Assembly (NCBI GenBank): GCA_048621375.1
Contig: JBMCWS010000001.1
Span: 2,754 to 66,753 of the forward strand
Reading direction: 5' to 3'
DNA length: 64,000 nt
Source: Pseudomonadota bacterium
GTDB taxonomy: Bacteria > Pseudomonadota > Gammaproteobacteria > Pseudomonadales > Azotimanducaceae
In this document: positions 50,475 through 63,154 of the stretch, piece after piece
Layout of the letters: each line of letters opens with the position of its first letter
Numbering within the stretch: the first letter of the stretch is position 1
The notes under the pieces: generated by a model
What the model was told of the DNA's origin: nothing
What the model saw: the letters and a program-made list of their open reading frames with translations, nothing else
Databases searched by the model: none
Translations under genes and position numbers: made by a program

Positions 50475-50701
50475 GCTTCTTCAGAGAGTTCCTCACAGTG
50501 CCCGTTCAGGCGGGGAAACGGGCCCGTGCCGACCTTGCGGCGCTAAGCTTTTGAATTTGTGGTTCATCCGCGAATGTCCCGGTTTTTTCTCGATTTCCGC
50601 GTAGCCAACGTTCGAAGGAACTCGATAGAATCCTCGGAAACTCGAACGCATATCCAGCTGCCTCGGGCGACGGGGCCGACTGCTTTTTTGGGGGGCATTC
50701 A

Positions 50702-52066
50702 GTGGGACGTTCTGTATGGAACCGGTGTCTGGATCGGCTGCAGGATGAGCTGCCGTCACAGCAGTTCAATACCTGGATTCGGCCACTGCAAGCCCGGCAC
50801 GAGGACGACGGGCAGTTGCGGATTCTCGCTCCGAACCGGTACGTGAAGAATCAGATTCAGGCGCAGTATCTCGATCGCATTCACGAGCTGCTCGAGCAGC
50901 TCGGGGATCCCGTCTCCCCGGTCGCAGTCCGACTGGACATCGGGACCAGCGAAGTGATGGAGGGCCGGCCGCTGCGCGCCGATGGCGGGAGCGGCAATGG
51001 AACCGATAGTGCCTCCGCAGCGGAGCCGGCACGGGCGGCGGAGCCCGGCCACAAGCTCAACGAGGAGTTCGTGTTCGAGACCTTCGTGGAAGGGAAATCG
51101 AACGAGATGGCCAAGGCGGCCTCGATGCAGGTGGCGGCCAATGCCGGGAAGTCGTACAACCCGCTGCTCCTCTACGGGGGCGTGGGGCTGGGGAAGACCC
51201 ACCTGATGCAGGCAGTGGGCAATCAGATCCAGCAGAACGACCCCGGCGCCAAGGTGGTCTACTTGCATTCGCAGCGTTTCGTTCAGGACATGGTGAAGGC
51301 GCTGCAGCAAGGCACCATGGACGACTTCATGCAGTACTATCGATCGGTGGACACGCTGCTCATCGACGACATTCAGTTCTTCGCGAACAAGCTGCGCTCG
51401 CAGGAAGAGTTCTTTCACGTGTTCAATGCGCTGCTCGAGCGGGACCGGCAGATGGTACTGACGTGTGACCGGTACCCGCGGGAGATCGACGGCCTCGAGG
51501 AGCGACTGAAATCCCGGTTCGTCTACGGTCTGACACAGGAGGTGGAGCCGCCGGAGCTCGAGACCCGGGTGGCGATCCTCATGAAGAAGGCCGAAGCGGA
51601 GGAAGTGGAGCTCGACTCCGCTGTGGCCTTTTTCATCGGCGAGCGCATTCGGTCGAACGTGCGCGAGCTCGAAGGGGCGCTGCGCCGGGTGATCGCCAAT
51701 GCGCGGTTCACCGGCAGCCGGATCACCATCGAACAGGTGAAGCGGGCGCTGCGCGATCTGCTGGCGATTCAGGATCGCCAGGTCAGTATCGACAACATCC
51801 AGCGGCTGGTCGCCGAGTACTACAACATCAAGATTTCCGATATTCTGTCGAAACGGCGCAATCGCACGATCGCCAGGCCCCGGCAGATGGCCATGTTCCT
51901 GGCCAAGGAGTTCACCAACCATTCGCTGCCCGAGATCGGCGAAGCGTTCGGCGGGCGCGATCACACCACGGTTCTGCACGCGTGCAAGCGCATCGCGGAG
52001 CTCAAGGACACCAGTGCGGACGTGAGCGAGGATTACCGGAATCTGGGCCGGCTCCTCTCCAACTGA
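50702..52066 (+). CDS. dnaA: Chromosomal replication initiator DnaA
   Basis: GTG 50702 with a [36 protein letters not shown]+ Walker [18 protein letters not shown]-terminal DNA-binding [10 protein letters not shown]. Confidence 0.97.
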   Translation: MGRSVWNRCLDRLQDELPSQQFNTWIRPLQARHEDDGQLRILAPNRYVKNQIQAQYLDRIHELLEQLGDPVSPVAVRLDIGTSEVMEGRPLRADGGSGNGTDSASAAEPARAAEPGHKLNEEFVFETFVEGKSNEMAKAASMQVAANAGKSYNPLLLYGGVGLGKTHLMQAVGNQIQQNDPGAKVVYLHSQRFVQDMVKALQQGTMDDFMQYYRSVDTLLIDDIQFFANKLRSQEEFFHVFNALLERDRQMVLTCDRYPREIDGLEERLKSRFVYGLTQEVEPPELETRVAILMKKAEAEEVELDSAVAFFIGERIRSNVRELEGALRRVIANARFTGSRITIEQVKRALRDLLAIQDRQVSIDNIQRLVAEYYNIKISDILSKRRNRTIARPRQMAMFLAKEFTNHSLPEIGEAFGGRDHTTVLHACKRIAELKDTSADVSEDYRNLGRLLSN

Positions 52067-52089
52067 AGGCGGCAGAAGAAAGGTAGCGC

Positions 52090-53193
52090 ATGAAGTTCAC
52101 CACCAATCGGGAAGCTTTGCTACGGCCATTGCAGCTGGTAACGGGCGTCGTGGAGCGGCGCCAGACACTGCCGGTGTTGTCGAATCTGCTGGTGGTGGCG
52201 GAAGACGGCGGGCTGTCGCTCACCGGCACGGATCTCGAGGTGGAGCTGGTGGCTGTGGATCGCAGTTGCACCATCGAAACGCCGGGGCGGACCACCATTC
52301 CGGCACGCAAGCTGGCGGACATCTGGCGATCCCTTCCGGAAGGGGCCGAGGTGAGCGTTCAGGTGGAGGAGAGTCGTGCCATCGTGCGCTCCGGTCGCAG
52401 TCGTTTCGCCCTTTCGACGCTGCCCGCGGCGGATTTTCCCACGGTGGAAGGCGGAGACGGCGAGCTCGAGCTGTCGCTGCCGCAGAAGCAGTTGCGCAGG
52501 TTGCTTGACCAGGTGAGCTTCTCCATGGCGCAACAGGACGTCCGCTATTTCCTCAACGGTATGCTCATCGAGGTGACCCGCGACCACACCCGGACCGTGG
52601 CCACGGACGGACACCGGCTGGCCATGTGTACGATACCGGGTGGGGTTGCCGGCAACGAGCCGGTTCGGGCGATCATTCCCCGGAAAGGGGTCCTCGAGCT
52701 TGGGCGCCTGCTCGATGATGGCGAGGCGTCGGTGACCGTGTACGTCGGCTCCAACCATCTCCGCGTGACCTTGGGGCCGTACACGCTGACCACGAAACTC
52801 GTGGACGGCAAGTTCCCGGACTACGAGAAGGTGGTCCCTGCTCGCACCGACAATACCCTGAAGGGAGATCGTGAGACGCTGAAGCAGGCCTTCAATCGGG
52901 CTTCGATCCTCTCCAACGAAAAGTACCGTGGTATCCGTCTGATCATGGAAGGGGATCAGCTCAACATTCAGGCGAACAATCCCGAGCAGGAAGAGGCCGA
53001 GGAGACGGTCCCGGTGAGCTACAGCGGCGAACGCATGGAGATCGGCTTCAACGTCAGCTATCTCCAGGACGTCCTTAACGTGCTCGATACGGAAGAGGTC
53101 TTCGTCAGCGTCGCGGACGCCAACAGCAGTGCGCTGGTGGAAGGCGCCGGGAACGACGAAGCGCTGTACGTCGTCATGCCGATGCGCCTTTAG
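52090..53193 (+). CDS. dnaN: DNA polymerase III beta sliding clamp
   Basis: MKFTTNREALLRPLQLV...LSNLL, C-terminal YVVMPMRL. 367 aa. Confidence 0.97.
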   Translation: MKFTTNREALLRPLQLVTGVVERRQTLPVLSNLLVVAEDGGLSLTGTDLEVELVAVDRSCTIETPGRTTIPARKLADIWRSLPEGAEVSVQVEESRAIVRSGRSRFALSTLPAADFPTVEGGDGELELSLPQKQLRRLLDQVSFSMAQQDVRYFLNGMLIEVTRDHTRTVATDGHRLAMCTIPGGVAGNEPVRAIIPRKGVLELGRLLDDGEASVTVYVGSNHLRVTLGPYTLTTKLVDGKFPDYEKVVPARTDNTLKGDRETLKQAFNRASILSNEKYRGIRLIMEGDQLNIQANNPEQEEAEETVPVSYSGERMEIGFNVSYLQDVLNVLDTEEVFVSVADANSSALVEGAGNDEALYVVMPMRL

Positions 53194-53213
53194 CAGGCGC
53201 CGCGCGCTGGCCA

Positions 53214-54314
53214 GTGTGGTTTCAGCGACTCGATATCCACGATCTACGTAACCTGGAAGAGGTCCATCTGGATCTCTGTCCGGGGCTCAACTACCTGCAC
53301 GGAGAGAACGGGGCCGGAAAGACCGCGGTGCTGGAAGCGGTGCACCTGTTGGCCCGGGGTCGCTCCTTCCGCAGCCCTCAGAGCGTGGATGTGATTCGGC
53401 AGGCCGCCGAGCGGCTGCAGGTTCACGCTCAGGTCGCCGACGAGCATCGTGGGACGGTGCAGGTGGGCCTTGCGAAGTCGCGTCGCGATCGCACCGAGCT
53501 GCGGATCGACGGTGAACCCGGGCGACGGCTGTCCCAGGCCGCCGCCCTGCTGCCCTTGCAGGTGATGGTACCGTCGTTGAGTGATCTGGTGTTCGGGTCG
53601 CCGGCGGAGCGCCGGCAGTGGCTGGACTGGGGATTGTTCCACGTGAAACCTGGGTATCTGGGGACCCTGCGCAGCTATCTGCATGCGCTGCGGCAACGCA
53701 ATGCCGCGCTGAAGGCCATGGCGGGCGGAGCGCTGCAGCCCCGGGAGCTCGAAGTCTGGACCGAGGAGGCCGCACGCCTAGGCGAGGCGGTGGCGGAGGA
53801 GCGGGCGGCGTATCTGGCCGAGCTCATCCCCGAGGTGGTGGGGGTAGCCCGGGAGCTCACGCCGTCCATGGCGGTGGCCATCGAGCACCGGCGCGGCTGG
53901 TCCGGCGATCAGGGGTTACGGAAAGTCCTGGGTGATTCGGTGCCAAGAGAGGTAAAATCGGGCACGACGCAGAGCGGTCCGCACCGGGGGGACGTGGCGT
54001 TGCGTCTCGCGGGGATGCCCGCGGGGGCGGCGGCGTCTCGAGGTCAGGGTAAGGCCCTGGCCAGCGCCATGATGCTCGGGCAGGCCCGCCTGCTCATGCG
54101 CACGGCTCGACGGGCGAGCGTGTTTCTCATCGACGACATCGGTGCGGAGCTGGACCTTCCGCACAGCGCGCGATTCTTTCGCCTGCTGGCCGAGCTGGGG
54201 TCGCAGATACTCGCCACCTCCAACAGTGGCCCGGAGGCTTTGCGGGGGGTGGAGGGCACGGAGCTCGCCGTGTTCCACGTGGAACATGGTCGGGTAACCC
54301 GGGTTGAGCCATGA
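53214..54314 (+). CDS. recF: DNA replication and repair protein RecF
   Basis: GTG start. Walker A GENGAGKTAVLEA, signature region SRGQGKALASAMMLGQA, LIDDIGAELD. Confidence 0.95.
   Translation: MWFQRLDIHDLRNLEEVHLDLCPGLNYLHGENGAGKTAVLEAVHLLARGRSFRSPQSVDVIRQAAERLQVHAQVADEHRGTVQVGLAKSRRDRTELRIDGEPGRRLSQAAALLPLQVMVPSLSDLVFGSPAERRQWLDWGLFHVKPGYLGTLRSYLHALRQRNAALKAMAGGALQPRELEVWTEEAARLGEAVAEERAAYLAELIPEVVGVARELTPSMAVAIEHRRGWSGDQGLRKVLGDSVPREVKSGTTQSGPHRGDVALRLAGMPAGAAASRGQGKALASAMMLGQARLLMRTARRASVFLIDDIGAELDLPHSARFFRLLAELGSQILATSNSGPEALRGVEGTELAVFHVEHGRVTRVEP
53635..53650. promoter_or_regulatory. parS-like site TGTTCCACGTGAAACC (near-palindrome)
   Basis: 15/16 to tGTTNCACGTGNAACa, with a last-base mismatch. 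Lies inside recF codons 141-146. Confidence 0.5.
54271..54286. promoter_or_regulatory. parS centromere-like site TGTTCCACGTGGAACA (perfect 16-bp palindrome)
   Basis: Perfect palindrome matching the ParB-binding consensus, in the C/G variant reported for Pseudomonas. Near the recF 3' end and ~3.6 kb from the candidate oriC. parAB is present in the window. Confidence 0.75.
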
Positions 54315-54353
54315 AACGATTCACCTGCAGGCTGCGGGTGACAGAGAGGATGA

Positions 54354-57503
<3,150 letters not shown>

Positions 57504-57516
<13 letters not shown>

Positions 57517-58058
57517 GAGGCACCGTCCGCCAATGCAGCAGCCACCGCTGCCAGGTCATCGGCCACGCAGGTGACCCCGAGCGCCCGGGCACGGGTCTCC
57601 GCGTTCGCGCCGTTACCCGTTCGAACCAGCACCGGCGTACACCCGGCGCGCCTTGCCGCCTCGACGTCCTTGAGAGAATCCCCCACGAACAGTGTCTCCT
57701 TCGCATCACAATCGAGGTCGTGCATCATCCGCAGCAGCATACCGGGATTCGGCTTGCGGCACTCGCAGTGTGCTTCGGGGACGTGCGGACAGTAGATCAG
57801 CCCGTCCAGCGCTGCACCCGCCTTCGCGACATGGCCATGCAACTTGCGATGGATGCGCTCGAGCTCAGCCGGCCGGATGATCCCGCGGCCGATGCCCGCC
57901 TGATTGGTGCAGACCGCCACCCGCAGTCCCTGCGCCTTCATGCGCGCGATGGCAGCGATGGAACCCGGCAGGGGATGCCACTCCTCGGCGGTCTTGATGT
58001 AGTCGGGGGAGTCGTAATTGATGACTCCGTCCCTGTCGAGCAGGATCAGTCTGGCCAT
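57504..58058 (-). CDS. gmhB: D-glycero-beta-D-manno-heptose-1,7-bisphosphate 7-phosphatase GmhB
   Basis: HAD motif LLDRDGVIN, zinc-binding CPHVPEAHCECRKPNPGM, VGDSLKD. 184 aa. Confidence 0.9.
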
Positions 58059-58144
58059 CCGGGTGCGGGCGGGTACAATCCGCCGCGCAATCTACGGTAT
58101 CTCATGGTCATGGTCAAAATCCCGCGCAGCGAGCTGGCCCGGCA

Positions 58145-59038
58145 GTGGCGGCGCTGACGCCGCGCCTCGTCACGGCGCTGACACGCGCGTCGAGTGCGTT
58201 GTCGCTGAACGCCCAGCGCACGCTGGGCCGCTGGCTCGGCCGCGTGGCCTGGTACGCGCGCGCGGAGCCCGCCCGCACGACCCGGATCAACCTGCGCGCG
58301 TGCTTTCCCGACTGGTCGCCGGAGGCGCGCCGCTCGGTGGGGCGGCGCAGCCTGGAACATACCGGCGAGACGCTCATGGAAACCGGTGTGGTGTTCCATT
58401 GGCCCGACGCGCAGTGGCGCCTGCTCGAGCAGCAGGTGGAGGGGGCAGCCCTGTTCGACCGCGCCCGAGCGGAGGGTCGCGGCGTTCTGATTCTCGCGCC
58501 CCACTTTGGCAACTGGGAATTTCTGGCGCTGACGCTCGGGCGTTACCGAGTGACCGCGCTGTACGATCCACCGCGTCTCGCCGCTCTGGAGCCGTTGATC
58601 CGGCGGGCGCGCAGCCGCACGGGCTCGCAACTGCTCCCCATCGACGCGCACGGGCTCCGCGGCTTCTACCACGCGCTGGCGAGCGGGGGGGTCACCGCGC
58701 TGCTGCCCGATCAGGTTCCGGAGCGCAGCTCGGGCGTCTACGCGGACTTTTTCGGGCAGCCCGCCTTGACCATGACCTTCGCACACCGCCTCGTCCGCCG
58801 GTTCGATCCGTTGGTGGTGCTCGGCAGCGCCAGCCGCTGCGCGGGCGGGTTCCGGATCCGTTTCAAGGAGCTCGGGCCGGACGTTCGGGACGCCGACCCC
58901 GCGATTGCGGCGCGAGCAATCAATCGGGCCATCGAAGACCTGATCCGCACCGATCCGGCGCAGTACCAGTGGGAGTACAAGCGCTTCAAGGGCCAGCCGC
59001 CGGGGTATCCGCGCCTGTATGTCCGGCGGCGCCGTTAA
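58145..59038 (+). CDS. lpxL: Lipid A biosynthesis (Kdo)2-lipid IVA acyltransferase, LpxL/HtrB family
   Basis: GTG start. ILAPHFGNWEF catalytic motif, C-terminal DPAQYQWEYKRFK typical of HtrB/MsbB-family late acyltransferases. Confidence 0.78.
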   Translation: MAALTPRLVTALTRASSALSLNAQRTLGRWLGRVAWYARAEPARTTRINLRACFPDWSPEARRSVGRRSLEHTGETLMETGVVFHWPDAQWRLLEQQVEGAALFDRARAEGRGVLILAPHFGNWEFLALTLGRYRVTALYDPPRLAALEPLIRRARSRTGSQLLPIDAHGLRGFYHALASGGVTALLPDQVPERSSGVYADFFGQPALTMTFAHRLVRRFDPLVVLGSASRCAGGFRIRFKELGPDVRDADPAIAARAINRAIEDLIRTDPAQYQWEYKRFKGQPPGYPRLYVRRRR

Positions 59039-60480
59039 CGCCGCCAGAACGCCGGCGTCAGCAGGACCAGCAGGGTGAAGATCTCCAGCCGTCCGAGAAG
59101 CATGGCGACCACCAGGATCCATTTGACCGGGTCGCTGAGCTCAGCGTAATTCCGGGCCACATCGCCGAGCCCGGGCCCCAGGTTGTTCAGGCACGCCGCC
59201 ACCGCGGAGAACGCGGTAATGAAGTTCTCGTCCGAGACCAGCATGAGCAGCGGCACCATGGTGAGGAAGGTCACCACGTACACCGAGAAGAACCCCCACA
59301 CCGCCTCCACCACCCGATCCGGTACCCGGTGCTCACCGAGCTTGATGGTGAACACGCCGTTGGGATGAATGAGTCGCCGGATCTCGCGCACGCCCTGAAG
59401 GTAGATCAGGAGAACGCGAACCACCTTGAATCCCCCGGAGGTGGAGCCCGCGCAGCCGCCTGTGAACGCCGCGAACAGCAGGAGCACCGGCGCGGCCGAA
59501 GGCCAGGTGCTGAAGTTGCTCGTGGTGAACCCGGTGGTGGTGGCTACCGACACGGCCTGGAAAATGCCGTCGCGCCAGGGCGTTCCCGTGGTCCCCGAGT
59601 AGCTCACCAGAATGAGCGAGACGAGGAGCGCCAGCCCCGTGAGTATCACCAGGTACAGCCGCACCTCCCGGTCGTGGAAATACAGGCGCACGTCCCGCTT
59701 GTGCCAGGCGACGAAATGCAGGGCGAAATTGATGCCGGCAATGACCATGAACACGATGGCCACGCTCTCGATTGCCGGATTGCCGAAGTATCCGATGCTT
59801 TGGTCGTGGGTGGAAAAGCCGCCGATGGCCACGGTCGAAAAGCTGTGACACACGGCGTCGAACAACGTCATGCCCGCGACCCAGTACGACAGGGCGCAGA
59901 GCACGGTGATGCCCAGATAGATGAACCAGAGCGCCTTGGCGGTCTCGGTAATCCGCGGGGTGAGCTTGTTCTCCTTCATGGGGCCCGGAAACTCCGCGCG
60001 GTAGAGTTGCATGCCGCCGATGCCGAGCATGGGCAGCACCGCCACGGCAAGGACGATGATGCCCATACCGCCGAGCCACTGCAGAAGCTGGCGGTAGAAC
60101 AGCAGCGAACGCGGCAGGTCGTCGAGGCCGCTCAGCACCGTTGCCCCGGTTGTCGTCAGCCCCGACATGGATTCGAACGCCGCATCGGTGAAGCTCACGT
60201 TTACTGCGTCGGCGAGATAGAGCGGCACCGCGCCGAACAACCCCAGGCCGAAATAGAACAGCACCGTGACCAGGAATCCGTCGCCGCTTCTGAGCTCGCC
60301 GCGACCGCGGCTGACGGCCACGAGTAACAATCCCGCAGACACAGTGATCGCGAACGCCGTCGCGAAGGTGGCGACCGTCTTCTCGCCGTAGACCCATGCG
60401 ATGGCGGCCGGCAGGAACAGCGCCAGGCTGAACAGCGTCAGCAGAATGCCGGTGATGCGAAATATGACGGAAAGGTGCAC
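59035..60480 (-). CDS. trkH: Trk-type potassium uptake protein TrkH
   Basis: GTG 60480. 481-aa polytopic protein with selectivity-filter-like repeats (SGLTTTGATV, VAIGGFSTH, VATTTGFTT, CAGSTSGG). Confidence 0.93.
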   Translation of the reverse strand: MHLSVIFRITGILLTLFSLALFLPAAIAWVYGEKTVATFATAFAITVSAGLLLVAVSRGRGELRSGDGFLVTVLFYFGLGLFGAVPLYLADAVNVSFTDAAFESMSGLTTTGATVLSGLDDLPRSLLFYRQLLQWLGGMGIIVLAVAVLPMLGIGGMQLYRAEFPGPMKENKLTPRITETAKALWFIYLGITVLCALSYWVAGMTLFDAVCHSFSTVAIGGFSTHDQSIGYFGNPAIESVAIVFMVIAGINFALHFVAWHKRDVRLYFHDREVRLYLVILTGLALLVSLILVSYSGTTGTPWRDGIFQAVSVATTTGFTTSNFSTWPSAAPVLLLFAAFTGGCAGSTSGGFKVVRVLLIYLQGVREIRRLIHPNGVFTIKLGEHRVPDRVVEAVWGFFSVYVVTFLTMVPLLMLVSDENFITAFSAVAACLNNLGPGLGDVARNYAELSDPVKWILVVAMLLGRLEIFTLLVLLTPAFWRR

Positions 60481-60482
60481 GA

Positions 60483-61856
60483 TCAGAAGAAAGTGATGCC
60501 GACCTGAAACAAGCGTTCCACCGCAGCAACCTGACGCTTGTCCACGAGAAAGAGAATCACGTGATCGTCCGGTTCCACGACCACGTCGTCATGGGCTATG
60601 AGCACCGTGTTGCCGCGGGCCACCGCGCCGATGCTGGCGCCGGGGGGCAGGTCGATATCGCCGATGGCGCGGCCCACGACCTTGGAGTTGCGCGCGTCGC
60701 CGTGGGCGATGGCCTCTATCGCCTCGGCCGCGCCACGCCGCAGGCTGTGAACCCGAGCGACGTCGGCACGGCGCACGTAGCCGAGCAGCGAGCTGGTGGT
60801 GGCCTGTTGGGGAGAGATGGCGATCTCGATGTCGCCCCCCTGCACCAGGTCAACGTACGCAGGCTTGCCGATCAGCGTGATGGCTTGGCGGGCTCCGAGG
60901 CGCTTGGCCAACAAAGACGACATGATGTTCACTTCGTCGTCGTCGGTAACCGCACAGAACACGTCGCACTGCTCTACGTTTTCCTCGATCAGGCGCTCGC
61001 GGTCGGTTGCGTCCATGTTGAGCACGACGCTGTGTTTGAGCGTTTCCGCCAGGAATTCGCAGCGACGCAAGCTGTACTCGAGCACTTTCACCGAGAAATA
61101 CGGCTCGATGGCGCGGGCGAGGCGCAGGCCGATGTTGCCGCCGCCGGCGATCATCACCCGTTTGAACGGCCGTTCCACGCGACGGAGCTCGGACATCACC
61201 GCATTGATGTGCTGGCGCGCGGCGATGAAGAACACTTCGTCATCGGCTTCGATAACGGTGTTTCCTTTGGGAATGATGGCGCGATTGCGGCGGTAGATGG
61301 CGGCCACCCGCGTGTCCACGTTCGGCATGTGCTGACGCAGAAAGCGAAGCTCCTGGCCGACGAGCGGGCCGCCGTAATAGGCCTTGACCGCCACCAGCTG
61401 AATACGCCCGTCCGCAAAGTCCAGGACCTGCAGGGCCCCCGGATGCTCGAGTAGCTGACGGATGTTGTCCGTCACCACCTGTTCGGGGTTGATCAGCACG
61501 TCGATGGGCATGTGCTCGCCGCTGAAGAAGCCGGTGCGGTCGAGATAGGATGCGGAGCGGATGCGCGCGATCTTGGTGGGCGTGCGGAACAGGGAGTAGC
61601 TGACCTGGCATGCCACCATGTTCACTTCGTCGCTGGACGTCACGGCGATGAGCATGTCGGCGTCGTCGGCGCCCGCCTGGCGCAGTACGTCCGGGTGGGA
61701 TCCCCAGCCGTGAATGGTTTGGATGTCGAGCTTCGTGCGCAGTGCCTCCAGAACACCGGCGTCGGAATCCACCAGGGTCACGTCGAAGCCTTCGTTGGCA
61801 AGGTTCTCCGCCAGCGTCCCCCCGACCTGGCCGCCGCCGAGGATGAGAATCTTCAT
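60483..61856 (-). CDS. trkA: Trk system potassium uptake protein TrkA
   Basis: ORF trimmed to ATG 61856 (ATGA overlap with the rsmB stop). [19 protein letters not shown], plus a second Rossmann/RCK repeat [13 protein letters not shown]. 457 aa. Confidence 0.95.
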   Translation of the reverse strand: MKILILGGGQVGGTLAENLANEGFDVTLVDSDAGVLEALRTKLDIQTIHGWGSHPDVLRQAGADDADMLIAVTSSDEVNMVACQVSYSLFRTPTKIARIRSASYLDRTGFFSGEHMPIDVLINPEQVVTDNIRQLLEHPGALQVLDFADGRIQLVAVKAYYGGPLVGQELRFLRQHMPNVDTRVAAIYRRNRAIIPKGNTVIEADDEVFFIAARQHINAVMSELRRVERPFKRVMIAGGGNIGLRLARAIEPYFSVKVLEYSLRRCEFLAETLKHSVVLNMDATDRERLIEENVEQCDVFCAVTDDDEVNIMSSLLAKRLGARQAITLIGKPAYVDLVQGGDIEIAISPQQATTSSLLGYVRRADVARVHSLRRGAAEAIEAIAHGDARNSKVVGRAIGDIDLPPGASIGAVARGNTVLIAHDDVVVEPDDHVILFLVDKRQVAAVERLFQVGITFF

Positions 61857-63154
61857 GCCGCCGCCTTGTTCATTCGTGCGTAATAGAAGCCGTCCGTATC
61901 CGGATCGATGGGCAGAAGCTGCCACCCGAGTCGTGTCGGGCGGCCCGATGCCAGCCTGAAGGAGCTCAACTCCGCGTCTTCCCTTTGGTGCAGGAATGCC
62001 GCGACCACGTCATCGTTTTCCGCCGCCAGAATAGAGCAGGTGCAATAAAGCAGGGTACCCCCGGGCTCCAGAACCCGCCAGAGATTCTCCAGAAGGCGCT
62101 GTTGCAGGCGCGCGAATGCGTCCACGTCCTCCGCCCGCCGCAGGATCTTGATGTCCGGGTGACGCCGGAGCGTGCCGGTTCCGGAGCACGGCGCATCCAC
62201 GAGGATGCGCTGGAACGGCACGCCGTCCCACCAGTCGAGCACGGACGCGTCACCGTGGAGATACGTGACCTCGTCGTGGCCGAGTCGCCGCCCTTCTTCG
62301 CGCAGTTGCGCCAGCCGCTCGGGTCGCGCTTCCAGAGCGGCCGCCCGCAGCTTCGGGACGCGCTCGAGCAGGTGGAACAGCTTGCCCCCGGGCGCGGCAC
62401 AGGCGTCGAGCAGGCGATCCCCGGGCTCCGGCGCCAGCAACAAAGCAGCGAACTGAGCCCCAGCGTCCTGTACCGAAACCAGTCCCTCCGCGTAGCCGGG
62501 CAGTTCCGCCACGGGGAGCGGGTGCTCGAGGACCCGGGTCTCCTCCGCCGGCGCCAGTCCCGGATCGCCGGCCGCGGTCGCGCACGCTGCACGGTGGCCG
62601 AGCCCGGCGCGGTCGAGGCGTGCGAGGTAGTCCGCAACGGTGGAACGCGCGCGATTGATGCGCAGCGTCATGGGCGCCCGGGTATTGTCGGCCGCCAGCA
62701 GCGCCGGCGCATCCGCATATTCCCGGCGCAACGTCCGGGCCAGCCAGGGGGGGTGATCGCTGTCGTCCGCGGCCGCCGGCGGCGGGTCGGCCGCGGCCAG
62801 TTTCCGCAACACCGCGTTGACGAGGCCCCGGGCCCACGGCTTCCGCAGCGCACGGCAGGCGCCCACGGTCTCATGGATCGCGGCGTGATCGGGTACCCGC
62901 ATGTACCGGAGCTGATAGGCGCCGACGATCATCAATGCCGCCAGGTCGTGGTCTTTGGCCTTCAGGGGGTGTCGCAGGGTCTGGTTCACGGCCGCGCACA
63001 GGGAGAAATAGTGGCGAAGGCTGCCGTAGAGCAACTCCTGGACCAGCGGTGATACCGTCTGATCGGCCAGCGCCTGATCCGTGGTGCGGCGGCGGTCGGT
63101 GACCTGGTGCAGCAGGTGGGCGGCGCGCGCCCGCTCTTGGGCGGCATCGCTCAT
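61853..63154 (-). CDS. rsmB: 16S rRNA (cytosine967-C5)-methyltransferase RsmB (Sun)
   Basis: ORF trimmed to ATG 63154 (ATGA overlap with the fmt stop). NusB-like N-terminus, [29 protein letters not shown]. 433 aa. Confidence 0.92.
   Translation of the reverse strand: MSDAAQERARAAHLLHQVTDRRRTTDQALADQTVSPLVQELLYGSLRHYFSLCAAVNQTLRHPLKAKDHDLAALMIVGAYQLRYMRVPDHAAIHETVGACRALRKPWARGLVNAVLRKLAAADPPPAAADDSDHPPWLARTLRREYADAPALLAADNTRAPMTLRINRARSTVADYLARLDRAGLGHRAACATAAGDPGLAPAEETRVLEHPLPVAELPGYAEGLVSVQDAGAQFAALLLAPEPGDRLLDACAAPGGKLFHLLERVPKLRAAALEARPERLAQLREEGRRLGHDEVTYLHGDASVLDWWDGVPFQRILVDAPCSGTGTLRRHPDIKILRRAEDVDAFARLQQRLLENLWRVLEPGGTLLYCTCSILAAENDDVVAAFLHQREDAELSSFRLASGRPTRLGWQLLPIDPDTDGFYYARMNKAAA

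Larger units (their letters stand above)
50266..50701. other. Candidate chromosomal replication origin (oriC) in the rpmH-dnaA intergenic region
   Basis: The only large noncoding gap in the window, with locally lower GC. It holds a cluster of DnaA-box-like 9-mers and AT-rich patches (50264-50290, 50545-50600). Gene orientation switches here: 23 genes on the minus strand to the left, 4 on the plus strand to the right. Confidence 0.6.

Noticed and set aside
50240-50769. Small ORFs in the rpmH-dnaA gap (50240..50473 minus, 50340..50546 plus, 50493..50759 minus, 50559..50846 plus)
   Set aside because: They overlap one another and the DnaA-box cluster. They have no SD, no GC3 bias and no recognisable motifs. 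The region is better explained as oriC plus promoters.
58018-60327. 769-aa plus-strand ORF overlapping lpxL and antisense to trkH. Similar long ORFs: 47520..49583, 29228..31231, 21718..23886, 43764..45470, 46169..47473.
   Set aside because: Each is off-frame or antisense to a gene with clear family motifs (trkH, yidC, uvrD, DAACS/ubiA, mnmG, mnmE). Their Arg/Gly/Pro/His-rich translations have no domain signatures.
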